Shown here piece after piece: positions 23,138-34,100 of a DNA stretch of 64,000 bases. Origin of the DNA: Camelus ferus (taxonomy: Eukaryota); the NCBI RefSeq assembly GCF_009834535.1, contig NC_045698.1:622001-686000 (forward strand). The letters are read 5' to 3'. The position numbers were made by a program, and so were the translations under genes. Under the pieces are notes generated by a model that was not told the origin of the DNA, searched no databases, and saw only the letters and a program-made list of their open reading frames with translations. Within the stretch, counting starts at the first letter, position 1. Every line of letters begins with the position of its first letter.

Positions 23138-23613
23138 CTATGCGGAAGAGAAGACAGAGTGCACGTTACTTCCAGAGCAAACACGACGCGCCCGCTGACT
23201 GTGCTCCTCCTCCAGGGCATCTGTCCCCTCGGCCCAGAGAGCCCCCCAGGCCCTTCTGACAACTCGGGCTATGCTGAAGACCCGGGAGATGCCGCCCTGA
23301 CTCTCCCATCCGGGACCCTCCTCAGGCCCAGCCACATGCCCACTGGGGTGCCAGCCCTGGGCTCCCAGCTCAACGCCACAGGCGGAGCCCTGGCAGGCGG
23401 ATGGGCCAGCCTGATGGGCAGCCTGGAGGGTCAGAGCGGGGAGTCCGGCCCGGGGGCAGCCCCAACCTCCGGGTGCTGCAAGAGCCCCTGGAACACTGCC
23501 TGCCACCTCGCCACCCACTGCTGCCCACTTCCCTGCTAACTGGCCTGAAAGGAGACCGAGGGGCAGCGAAGGGGCCCGTCCCCACTGTGGGTCAGAACAG
23601 GGCTGACACTCAC

Positions 23614-23793
23614 GGCTTCAGGCTGAAGAGGTCCTTGAACCCAGACACAGCAGCGTCCTTGTTCCGATGCTTCTCGGCGATCAGCTTCTCCTTCGTCCAG
23701 GTCATCTGCACTCTGTCCGGTGTGGATGGGGCCTGGGTCCTAGCTGGCCGCCGCAGAGTGGGACGCGGTGTGCCTGTCATGGATTAGCTGGGC
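23614..23793 (-). CDS. SLC12A7: SLC12A7 exon 22 (180 nt as written, with an apparent +1 insertion near 23746)
   Basis: AQLIHDRHTASHSAA in one frame and RTQAPSTPDRVQMTWTKEKL...FSLKP in the shifted frame; CC|gtgagt donor. Confidence 0.9.
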
Positions 23794-24794
23794 CTGGCGG
23801 GAGGGCAAGGCAGCGCCAGTCTCACTGTGATGCCAGGTACCAACCCCCAGAGAGGAGCGAGCGGGCAGAGAGGCTGGCAGCCCCACATCCCCGGGGACGC
23901 CTGGATTGGCCCTCCCAGCCCCACGGGCATCCAGACCAAACTCAAGGCTTCCTCCTTGTCTCCTCCTGCCCCAGCTTTGAAAGCCCAAGAAAGTACCCTG
24001 GTCTCCACATTGACAGGAGGCACTGACACCCAAGACTCTACCTGATGCAGCTCCACGTGGACACGTGGGCTCCACCCCGACCTGCTCACCTGCCTGCCCA
24101 CCCACCCTCCCCCTCAGCCTTCCAGCCACCTGTCCACCCACTGACTCATCTGCAGTGCAGAGACAGCCAGGGTGCCCAGGCCCCGGGGAGGGGCAGTAAG
24201 AGCTGCAGAGTTTGGGGGGGGGGCGCAGCAGCACACAGGCACCCTGGGAAGCTGCGGACGAAGACGGCGCTGACTGGCAGCCAGAGGGAGTCAGGGAGGC
24301 CTGTGAGGATGAGCGGTCGGCCCGTATGGCCAGAGTGAGGTCTCTCAGGTGGTGACGTGTGAGGTGGAAGGGAGCTGGGAGAGGGGCAATGAGGTGGCCC
24401 TGAGGGACTCATGTGGCTGCTGGCTTGGGGACTGGGGTGTCACGGGAAAGGGGGCCGTGGTGTTCAGTAAAAGATGGCTCCAGACGGGGGGACTGTGCGT
24501 GAGCAGGATGGCTGGGTGGACGCCAGCTCTGTGTGGACCGCACGTGTGAGCCCAGGGCCGCAGAGCCCCTGAGCCCGGCCTGGGTGGCAAGGAGGGTGTG
24601 ACGTGAGCTGAGTGGGGAGGTGAGGTGGAGCAAAAGCCGCATCACCAGCTTTTCACAAACCAGGTGGCGGTGAAGGGCTCACAGTGACCTCAATGATCCC
24701 AGTCCCCATGGTCACGTGGGGTCTGGAAAAAGGCAGGCCAGCCTTTTGTCGAAGGCTCCGGGACGACCACCTGTGCAACGAGCCGGACACGCAC

Positions 24795-24902
24795 CTCCCT
24801 CTCGCGCTCCGTCTTGGACAGCTGCATCTGCTTTAGCATCTGGGACCTCTGCTCCATCACCAGCGTCTTCTCATAAGTGAACGCTGAAATGTCATTCTCA
24901 AC
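24795..24902 (-). CDS. SLC12A7: SLC12A7 exon 21 (108 nt; [36 protein letters not shown])
   Basis: ttgcag| and |gtgcgt; contains the conserved YE(K/R)TL regulatory Thr site of KCCs. Confidence 0.96.
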
Positions 24903-25688
24903 CTGCAAGTTCCAAAGCGCAGAGATAAACGCCAGTACAAAACTGATGCGTTCTCACCAGGCAACCCCAGTTACACAATGAGTGTGCCGTGCGTCCTCAG
25001 TGCCCTCGGCAGGTCTCAGAGCCCCGGGCCCCGAACTCCCCAAGGGGGGTGTGTGTGCACTACGTGTGTGCATGGGCGACCAGGAGTCTGTGAACGGCTG
25101 TCAATCGGAACGCCCTCTGCCCACCCCAGGACCCATGTTCACTAACACACGAGACACAGAGAGGAAAACACCACAGCCGTGGCTCTGGACAGGAGCCCGC
25201 CCACTGGAACCAGGAAAGCAGGTCCAGGCGTGGCTGACAGGAGGCGTTTTCGGGCTCAGGAGAGCCGCTCGTCAGCGCAGGGTCAGTCTGTAACTCCCCG
25301 CCCACTGGCCCGAGCTTGGTGGGGACGGCCCCGCAGTGCACCATCCCACGGTCCTCAGTCATGTTTGGTCCAGCTGGGGTCTTCCTCCCACAAACCCACC
25401 ACCCAGTCCAGCCATGGGAAAAACGCCAGGCAAACGTAGACTGAGCGACACCGCACAAGGTGCCTGAGCCTCCTCAGAGCTGCCAGGGTCACAAGAAAGG
25501 GGAGAAATCTGAGAGGCTGCCACCACCAGACAGGCACACAAGGACTTGGGGGAAGCTGGAAAGCCAACAGCCTGGGGGTGGAAGTGAGCCAGCAGCCCTG
25601 GGCGGTGGGTGTCCCGGGGACCCTGCAAATCAGAGCTACACCCTTGGGGCGCAACATGCAGCCCTGCCCGGCGCCAGCACGCCCTCAC

Positions 25689-25820
25689 CATCTCCACCAC
25701 CTCCACCTCGGCGCTGATCCGCAGGTGGTACAGGAACATCTGTAGGTCCTTCTTCATCTGGATGCTGTTGTCGTCCACCTGGGCCACCGTGAAAATGCGC
25801 ATGCGGCACTTCCGCCACAC
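25689..25820 (-). CDS. SLC12A7: SLC12A7 exon 20 (132 nt; [14 protein letters not shown]...VVEM)
   Basis: caccag| and |gtgagg. Confidence 0.96.
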
Positions 25821-25884
25821 CTGGTGGCGAGGCAGGGTGGGGTGGTCAGTCCCACCGCTGTCCACCCCCAGCGTGATCCCGCCC

Positions 25885-26095
25885 CTGTATGCCCGCCCTC
25901 CCCCACCCCACATGGACCTGCCCCGTGTGCCCCACCTCACCCCATGTGACCCCACTCCCATGCACCCTCCCCTCCACGCATGGACTGGCCCCATGTGCCC
26001 TACCCCCGACCCACATGGACCCGCCCCCTGGGCCCCCACCCCACCTACGCTCCCCCACCCCCGCATGGACCCGTCCCCTACATGACCCCACCCAC
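25885..26095. repeat. Degenerate C-rich tandem repeat (CCCCACATGGACCC-like units) in SLC12A7 intron 19
   Basis: Recurrent CATGGAC/CATGTG cores separated by C-runs. Confidence 0.6.
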
Positions 26096-26116
26096 AACCT
26101 GCCCTGAGCACTCCAC

Positions 26117-26286
26117 CTTGTGCTGCCGCAGCAGGAAGGGCAGCAGCATGAGCAGACCCCCGTCGTGCACGATCCACCACACATCGATGTTCCCGTCGCT
26201 GAAGCGCTCCTGGTTTTGCGGGAACAGATCCACGTTCTTGGCCACCAGCAGGGCCTGATGAGCTGCTGTGGTGTCTCGGACAGTGT
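26117..26286 (-). CDS. SLC12A7: SLC12A7 exon 19 (170 nt; [14 protein letters not shown]...[24 protein letters not shown])
   Basis: ctctgcag| and |gtggag. Confidence 0.96.
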
Positions 26287-26596
26287 CTGCAGAGAGATGG
26301 GCACGTCACCACGTCACAGGCCCTGGACTGCGTAATGGCTGAGCCTGGGGTCCCCACAAAGCCCCACACAGGGTGCACCCCGCGCTCACACCCTCATCAC
26401 TCCATGGCCCTGGCCCAGTAAGAAAGAGCCCCCGGGAACTGCCAAACGCGGGCTGGGCCCGGGGAGGGGGCTCCCGTCTCCAGGCTACTGAACGGCTGCT
26501 GGTTTTCTAGAAACAGCACAGCCAGGGCCTCTGACGGCCCCCGGGGAGCAGGTCTCAGCCCAGGACCCCGAAACCCAGCACAGGGCCCTGACCCAC

Positions 26597-26792
26597 CGAC
26601 AAAGTTCTTCCAGGAGAAGGGGCTGTCCTCCCGCTTCCAGGACTGGGGCCAGGCCATGAGCACCGTGTTGTGCTTCAGGGCCCCCAGGCCAGCTGACTGG
26701 ATCAGGTGGGACATGCCGTCCCGCAGGCTGGACGACACCACCAGCTGGCAGAAGCCCTTGGTCTTCTCGGTGCACATGAGAGCCCGGATGTT
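26597..26792 (-). CDS. SLC12A7: SLC12A7 exon 18 (196 nt; NIRALMCTEKTKGFCQ...WKNFV)
   Basis: ccccag| and G|gtgggt. Confidence 0.96.
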
Positions 26793-26947
26793 CTGGGGAC
26801 ACAGGCAGGTCAGGGCGGGCAGGTGGGCGGGCCCCTGGCCAACGTCCCAGCCTCACACGCGGAGGCCGGAGGCTCAGCCCCACGTTGGTCCCCGAAGCCC
26901 AGGCCCAGTGCCACCCCCGCCATCCCTCACCTGCCACCCAGCCCCAC

Positions 26948-27116
26948 CTCCTCGGCCTGCTGGGCCTCCGTGTGCTTGTCCAGGAAGGTGCCCTCCAGCA
27001 CGGAGCCCACGATGGTCAGGCCCTTGCCGGCCTTGAGCTGCGAGGTAAAGGACAGCAGGCGGGGGTGCTTCACACTCTGCTCCGCGTCCAGGTTCAACAT
27101 CACGAGCACCTGGGGC
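26948..27116 (-). CDS. SLC12A7: SLC12A7 exon 17 (169 nt; [10 protein letters not shown]...AEE)
   Basis: cccccgcag| and |gtgggg. Confidence 0.95.
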
Positions 27117-27561
27117 CTGCGGGGGGGGGGGGGCAGTTACCACGTTCTCACTGACAGGCAAGACCCCTCCCGGGGCCGCGTGCCTGAGGACCTCTAGGGC
27201 CGAGGGGCTTTCAGTGCAGGTAAAATCCCAGCTTCTCAGGGGAGCCTCCCCATCTTCCTCCCAGAAGTGAGAAGACTCGCAGGGGTCCTCCACCCACAGC
27301 AGGTCCTCGCTAGGTCAGCTCAGCTCGACCCCCCACAGCCCGGCCCGGCAGAGCCCACCTCCACCCTCGCCAAGTCTCATCGCCAGGCAGTCAGATACGC
27401 GCTGATCACGCCCAGGCTGATGCACCATGGGCTCAGATGCCAGAACAACCGAGACAACAATGGGAGAAGAGGACGATTCCTCTTGGTAAAGTCTGACCTT
27501 AGGACTCCGTGACCTAGGACTCTGTGGGGCCAAAGGGCATGAGGAGGCTCTGGGCGCTCAC

Positions 27562-27667
27562 CTCCAGTTCTTGGTGTGTGGGGGGCCATGCTCCACACGC
27601 AGCAGGGCGTAGCGGGCGGCGTTCAGTGACAGTCCCCTGATGCCATCACCCCACTCCTTTTCAGGCC
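27562..27667 (-). CDS. SLC12A7: SLC12A7 exon 16 (106 nt as written, with an apparent +1 insertion at its 5' end)
   Basis: ttcctacag|GGCCTGAAAAGGAGTGG...; [36 protein letters not shown]|gtgagc donor. Confidence 0.9.
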
Positions 27668-28537
27668 CTGTAGGAAGGGGCAGCAGTGAGGCCCTGCTCC
27701 CCGCATACCCAGGAGGTACCTGAGGGGCAGTCTCCCCGGGAGGCCCTGGGGTCTCAGAAGGGGCTTCCCAGACCAGCCAGGAACAGGAGGGAGCAGGATC
27801 GGGGGGGAGGGGCCCCCCTGGGTGGAAGGGCAGGGGGAGGCGCTGGCAGCTGTGTGGGACCTCAGAGTTGGGGCCATCAATGGGGCAGAGGGCGTGCGGA
27901 GGGGGATCTGTTGGGCAGGCAGCAGCCGGGCTCACCAGCAAGAGAAGTCACAGCCCCAAGACCCTCCTTCCAAACCACTCTGGAAAAGCTTGGAGGGGAC
28001 TTCAGGCAGCACCGCTGGCGTCCCCCCATCCCATCCCCCCCAGAAGCCCCACCCCCAGGACCCCACCTCTCTCCCCCTGGAAGCGGGCCAGGGCGTCCAG
28101 GGGAAACGCCCCATGATGGACCAGGGGCTCTAAAATGCAGTTAACCTGACCATCATTTTGGTTTTTCATGGTGTACCTTTCAGAAATTTGGAAATCCCGC
28201 GCACGTCAGTTAAACGGATTAAAATGGATTAAATGGATTTCAAAGCTTACAAACAGCACGCTAAACAGGTAGGCTTTTTATACTCAGACGTAGATAAACC
28301 TAACGACTTGTAACAGATTGGAATCAACTACAAACAGCAAACGCGGCTCTCCACCTGTTAAAAGTCACAGGCAGAAAATCCTGGCGCCAAGTGTGGGCTT
28401 CGACGGCTTGGCCACTAGAGGTCCCTGCGCACTGCCCATCAGGAGGGGGCCCCACAGCATGGGCCAGCAGACCCCGGGGAGGCGGGAAGGAGGCGGGAGG
28501 GTGGCCCGGGCGCCGCGATGCAGCGGCGGCAGCTCAC

Positions 28538-28657
28538 CCGCGGTACTCGATGTACTTGTAGATGCAGCCGGCGATGAGCATGGCGACCAGGGCGTAGTAC
28601 CAGGAGCAGATGAACATGAGCGCGAAGCACAGGCTCATGCCCAGGAAAGAGAGGGTC
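28538..28657 (-). CDS. SLC12A7: SLC12A7 exon 15 (120 nt; [15 protein letters not shown]...YIEYRG)
   Basis: ccccgcag| and GG|gtgagc. Confidence 0.96.
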
Positions 28658-28678
28658 CTGCGGGGACACGCAGCTCTA

Positions 28679-28790
28679 GGCCCCGCCCCTCGCCCGGCCC
28701 CGCCCCTCACCATCGGACCCCGCCCCTCGCCCCGGCCCCGCCCCTCACCATCGGACCCCGCCCCTCACCCCGGCCCCGCCCCTCACGGCC
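28679..28790. repeat. GC-box tandem repeat (six CCCCGCCCCT cores, ~17-21 bp units)
   Basis: Direct observation, just upstream of the exon 15 acceptor. Confidence 0.85.
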
Positions 28791-29229
28791 GGAAACACCC
28801 CCCCCCCCCCGCAGGCATCTGAGTGGCTGCATTGAAAAGGTCCCTTGGCCCCAGCAAAAACCGTTCTCTGTTACAGCAGTAACACAGCAATGACGCGGGT
28901 GATTGGCGCCTCCACCCCCAGGTCACCCACAGGAGACCCACTCAGAGACCACGCTCAACGCCCACTGCGCTCCCGGACGTGCCAGCTTCACGCATTCTCT
29001 AGGGTGTTTGCCGCACTGGGCATGTGGAGACCGGGCAGCCCCACACTCCAGCCCGGGGGGACAAGGGCTGAGCACCAGGCGCCACGTGGCTCCCGATGCC
29101 CGGGCGTCCAGGGTGACAACATGCACATGGCCCTCCCCAGCCCGGCCGGGCTTGTTCCGCAGAGCACCAACAGGGACCCAGGCAGCCACCAGCCTCGCAG
29201 AGCCACAGCACATCCCCGGGCCTGCTCAC

Positions 29230-29328
29230 CAGTGGTAGTACTTAAAGCGTGGACGCCAGTTGGGCGTGCGCAGCAGTGTCTGCAGGGCGCAGGCCAGGTT
29301 CACAAACATGTAGCACATGAGGAAAAAC
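29230..29328 (-). CDS. SLC12A7: SLC12A7 exon 14 (99 nt; [33 protein letters not shown])
   Basis: ccccag| and |gtgagc. Confidence 0.96.
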
Positions 29329-29576
29329 CTGGGGACGCAAGAAGCAGCATGAGGGGCCCAGCCAGGTCCCATGGGGTCCCTCCGAGCCCCAGTCACCGCC
29401 CCTCCTGTGGGGCCTGCCTGCCCCCCTTCGCCCACCACGTGGCCCCCTGCTCTGCCCACGTGACTGCCTGGCCCCCGTGCCCGCACCCATCCCTGCTGTC
29501 CCCTGGCAGAAGGCAGCCCCGGAGCAAGGGCTCACGTCCCCAGGGAGGCTGACAAGAGGCACCAGCGGCCACTCAC

Positions 29577-29695
29577 ATGGACAGGATGGGGGCCACGCTG
29601 TCCAGGGAGGCGATGAGGATGCCAGTCTCACAGATGAGAGCTGTGAGCAGCAGAGCCCACGTGGGCTCCCCGTTGGCCTTTCCGTGGCCAAACAC
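29577..29695 (-). CDS. SLC12A7: SLC12A7 exon 13 (119 nt; [16 protein letters not shown]...APILSM)
   Basis: ccctgcag| and |gtgagt. Confidence 0.96.
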
Positions 29696-30254
29696 CTGCA
29701 GGGAGAAGGGCAAGTGGGCAGGGGGCTGAGGAGTGGGGGGCTGTGGGAGGCCAAGTGGTTGGGTCCAACACAAGAGAGGTCAGGGATACAACAGAAGCAG
29801 AAATGGGCTTTCTACAGTGCATCCCAGACCTCCCCAGCCATGAAGAAAGCCTGACACCCTGCAGATGGATGATGGCCTGGGTACCAGCAGACCCCAAGAC
29901 CCTTGGAGAAGGCCGGCCAGGATGCAGGGCGACATCCCAGGGTGCTGGTCGGGGGTCTCCTCACATCACCCCACCCTGGGAGACTTCTGTGAGGGCCCTT
30001 CACCCCACGTGGGACAATGGGCTTCCCGGAAGGAAGCCTTTCTACCTCCCTCCCGCACAGCAGTTCTGGGAAGGGAAATCCAGACACAAAATGCAGACCT
30101 CAGGGTAGGGGCTGCCACGCTGCAGGTGGGGATTGGGTCCCACTGTCTTTAACTGCTTTAAAGATCTTGCTCTGGGGCAGACCCTCAGGACCCTCCAGAC
30201 GCGGCCCTTCCCGAGGGTCCCCTGCCCCCAGGAGGCCATGGCTACCATGCTTAC

Positions 30255-30429
30255 CTGCAGGAAGGGGACGATGCCATCCCGGGCAATGGCCTGCAGCAGA
30301 CGTGGGGCCCCCGTCAGGCTCTGCAGGCCGGCCCCACAGGTGGAGAAGAAGGAGCCGATGACAATGACCCAGGGAGACGGCCAGGCCAGAGCGCCGATGA
30401 CGAGGCTGCCCTGCAGGGCCTCCCCGAAC
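30255..30429 (-). CDS. SLC12A7: SLC12A7 exon 12 (175 nt; [12 protein letters not shown]...[19 protein letters not shown])
   Basis: cctccag| and |gtaagc. Confidence 0.96.
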
Positions 30430-30628
30430 CTGGAGGTGGGCAAGCTTTCAGACACCAGCTGAACACAGAAGTGTTCTCCCACCCTTTGAGTGGGACGATG
30501 GTGTCTCCCGGGAGCCCCTGCACCCCTGCTCTACTGGGTCCAAGGCTGCTCTGCCCAGCTCCAGGCTTCTCAAGTAGGAGAGGGATGGACAAGTCAGAGC
30601 CCAGCACACGGCCCCGGGGCTTCCCACT

Positions 30629-30765
30629 ACACACATGCACACACACAGACACACACACATGCACACACACAGACACGCGCACACACACATGCACACACAC
30701 AGAGACACACACGCACACAGACACACGCACACACAGACACACACACACAGAAATGCGCGCGCGCG
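30629..30765. repeat. Compound (CA)-rich microsatellite followed by (GC)n
   Basis: Direct observation in intron 11. Confidence 0.9.
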
Positions 30766-30862
30766 AGCAAAGCTAGAAACCCTGGAGCTAAAGTTGTCTT
30801 CAGGAAAACCAGTGCTGACCCCAGAAGTTTCCAGAAGCCATACATAAATGAGACCAACATAC

Positions 30863-30920
30863 TTGTCTCGTAAGACCACGCCTTCGATGCAGGCCCCAAA
30901 AAGCACAATGCAGGAGAGGT
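30863..30920 (-). CDS. SLC12A7: SLC12A7 exon 11 (58 nt; LSCIVLFGACIEGVVLRDK)
   Basis: U12 branch TTCCTTGAC then gcgcag|; |gtatgt donor. Confidence 0.95.
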
Positions 30921-31532
30921 CTGCGCTCGGGTCAAGGAAGCGGTGGGCGCGATGCACTGGCCGCAGGTGTGCCTAGACCGGCCCCACGCCCTCCCCCCGC
31001 CCCAACCCTGTCCCCACTGGGCCCCGCCCTGGGCACATGGCTGCATCCTGGCTCCACAGGGACCTCAGGGCACTCAGGAGGGTGGGCCTGGCCTGGAGCA
31101 TGACCGCTGCAGGGACTGGGCAGGGGACCTCACTGGCTGGAAAGGGACAAACCCAGCGAGAAATGGCTCCACTGGCACCTTAAAGCCAGTGACCCACGGA
31201 CAAAGCCGTGACAAGGGTGCACAGGCACCACTGTCACGGGACAAGCGTATCACTACATGTTACAATGTGTCACTAACATGTAACAGTGTGGCTACTACAC
31301 GTGGGTCACGGACACCTCACATGCCACAACCAACCAAGGCTGGGGTCCTGATGTCCTATTCTCCATGTCAGGCCACCGGCCCAGCCCCTCTGAAGGTGGA
31401 CGTGTGGTTAGGACTGCATGCAGTAGAGAACTCCCCCCACCCTGAGGTGCCAACAGCGCAGCAGGGAGCAGAGCAGGGTGTCGGGGCCACCTGCCCCAGC
31501 CTGGCCTTCCACTCTCCATCCCCCAAGGATAC

Positions 31533-31631
31533 AAATAAAAGATGTGGTCACAATGGCCAAAATGGTCCCCATGGGGATGGACTTCTGGGCATCCTTGAGG
31601 TCCCCAGACCGGTTTGAGCCCGCCATGATGC
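31533..31631 (-). CDS. SLC12A7: SLC12A7 exon 10 (99 nt; [33 protein letters not shown])
   Basis: ctccgtag| acceptor and |GTATCCTT U12 donor. Confidence 0.96.
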
Positions 31632-32383
31632 CTACGGAGACAGACAGATAGCTGATGGGTCACAGTGCAGAGCAAGATGCTGCCACCCAGGCCCGTCTGG
31701 GCAGTCAGAATGAGGCCGGGACTCTGCACGACGCCAGGGAGACCCCGCGCCTGCATAGGCCGCCGTCCCTACGTTGGGCCTCCCAGAGCCAGCCTGGGCC
31801 TCACTGTCCACGCCCTGGGATGGCTGCGGCAGGGAGACAGGGTGAGCAGCCCCGGTGGGCAGCCTCCCCAAGTCTGCGGACAGGCTCCAAGCAGGTGCAG
31901 GAACAGGAGGGACATACATGCTGACAGCCGCAGGCCTCTCAGCCGGCACCAGCTGGGTGGGGGCCACTGATCCCAGGCAGGCTGAGGGCCGTCCAGGAGC
32001 GGGGGTGTGTGTGTGTGTGCACATGCGTGTGAACCCATGTGTGCCCATGTGCATGTGTGTGTGCATGTGGGGGAGATGGGGGACCAGTCTGTGTGGAGCG
32101 CCCCCCGAGAAGTCAGCTGACCCGCTTAAAAGGACAAGGACGGCCGCAGCTCCCAGCCTGTCAGCCCTGGTGCCCACTCCTAGCTTCCAGCATCACAGGG
32201 CCACTTCTCACAGCACGGGCCTCTTGGGAGAGCATGAGCAGAGCTCCTTTAAGCCACATGCCTCCCCGAGCTGCACTCCCAGAACAGACAGGTGCGTTTC
32301 TTGAGCCAAAGCAAAGAGGAAGGGGAGCGGTGTGCGGCGGAGCTGCGGGCGGCACCGCCCCACCGGGAACACGCAGGCCTCAC

Positions 32384-32551
32384 CGGTCACAGACGGGAAG
32401 TAGATGCCGACCAGCAGGGTGAAGCAAGTGGCGATATCGGTGAGCACGTACGGCGGCCCGCCAGCCCCACTGTCCTCCGGCACGGCCACCGAGGGCAGGC
32501 CCTTCTTCTCCACAAACGCGCCCTTGTCCGCGTATGCGCTCCACAGGTTGT
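32384..32551 (-). CDS. SLC12A7: SLC12A7 exon 9 (168 nt; DNLWSAYADKG...LVGIYFPSVTG)
   Basis: cccacag| and G|gtgagg. Confidence 0.96.
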
Positions 32552-33658
32552 CTGTGGGGACACAGACGGGCTGAGACTCCAGGACCTGCTGGCGGGGTGA
32601 CCACCCCCCACTGACCCCAGACCCCAGCTCCACACAAGGACGGGGACACCTCACTCAGACTGACTGTTCTCTGCTAATCTCTAGATGAGAGATTTTAGCC
32701 TTTCAGTCAAGTTTGAACAAGAAAGTTACCTCCTACAACAAACGCGGCCCTGACAGCCGCCTGCGGGACCCCAGTGAAGATCTCTATTTAGAGGGAGTCA
32801 GTCAGTGATGGAAGACCCCCAGCACACACACACACAGCTGAGGTAAGCAGCTGGGCCCCCTCCCACCTGTGCTGACACCAGCCTGGCAGCCTCGCCTGCC
32901 CAGACCCTTCCCACACAGGGACCCCCCCCTCCGCAGACATCTCACCTCACCTCCCTCCTGCCAACCCCGGCCCCTCTGCACGCTGCCCTCCCCGCCCTGG
33001 GGGACCTGTTGGTGGCTGCCCGTCCAGGGGTTTGCTCTGCAACTTCCACCGAGAAGCCAGAACCCAGAATCCAGAAGAACCCTCTGGGCGTCAGGACCCC
33101 TGTGCTCCGAGGAACATGTAGGTGGGCAGCACGACAGCCCCTTCCCTCCCCGCCCCCATCTCGGCCCCGCCCAGCTCCACCTGCAGGACGAGGATGGTGT
33201 TACGGCCTCCATGTGCCCGACACCCACTGTCGTCTTGGCCTCAGACGGACACACGACAACTGACCGCCCACCACAGAGCAGGCAGCCAGGATCAGCCTGG
33301 TCTCTACCCTAGAAGGGCAGACCTCTCACCTGGAGCAGGGAGGACCAGCTCGATTTTTCTACGTGGACGAGCAGAGACAGCAAAACAAGTCACCTCTCAT
33401 TAATTATTTTCCTTATTAACACCGTGACCCCATGCGTGTTGCTATGAGTTCCTAAAGATAAAGCATCCAACTCGAAGCCTGACCTGTTGTCGCCATGACA
33501 CACGCGGCGTCCACGGCTCGGGCAGAATCAGCCCAGACAGGGGCCCCAGTGGGTCAGCAGCAGGGGACGAGCTGACAGCCACAGCTGGGGCAGAAGGACG
33601 GGGCCCCAGGGACTGGGCCTCGGACCACCCGCCCTGGCAGAGGCCGCCGGACGCTCAC

Positions 33659-33870
33659 CCAGGAGGACGCCGCTGGCCACACCGGGGATGCCCTGGATCT
33701 CCGTGACATTGTTCTGGAGGAAGTACTGATCGCAGGAGGTGCTGGCCGTGGAGCTGTTGCAGAAGAGGCCCCAGAGCGCGGTGGCCATCGAGCCGTTGTT
33801 GGCGGCCTGGACTTTCGCACAGACGTCGAAGCCACGTCGGGACAGCGTGCGGTTCCCCAGCAGGCAGACC
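33659..33870 (-). CDS. SLC12A7: SLC12A7 exon 8 (212 nt; glycosylated extracellular loop with NRT, NGS, NSS and NVT sequons)
   Basis: gccccag| and G|gtgagc; VCLLGNRTL...[11 protein letters not shown]. Confidence 0.95.
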
Positions 33871-34100
33871 CTGGGGCGGGAGCGGGGAGTGAGCCGTGCA
33901 GCTCCCCCGGGAACTTACTGCCACCCGGGGGCTTCCGTGAGCGCTAGGGGAGCTGCTGGTCGTCCTCAGGGCCGCGGCCACCGCACGGCCCTAGACCGTG
34001 CCTAAGCCTGTCCTGTCCTTGCAGACAGCACGGCTACAAGAGCCTTATGACCCGCTCGCCCCCAGCCCGGCCAGGGAGCAGACGCGGCCCCAGGACTCAC

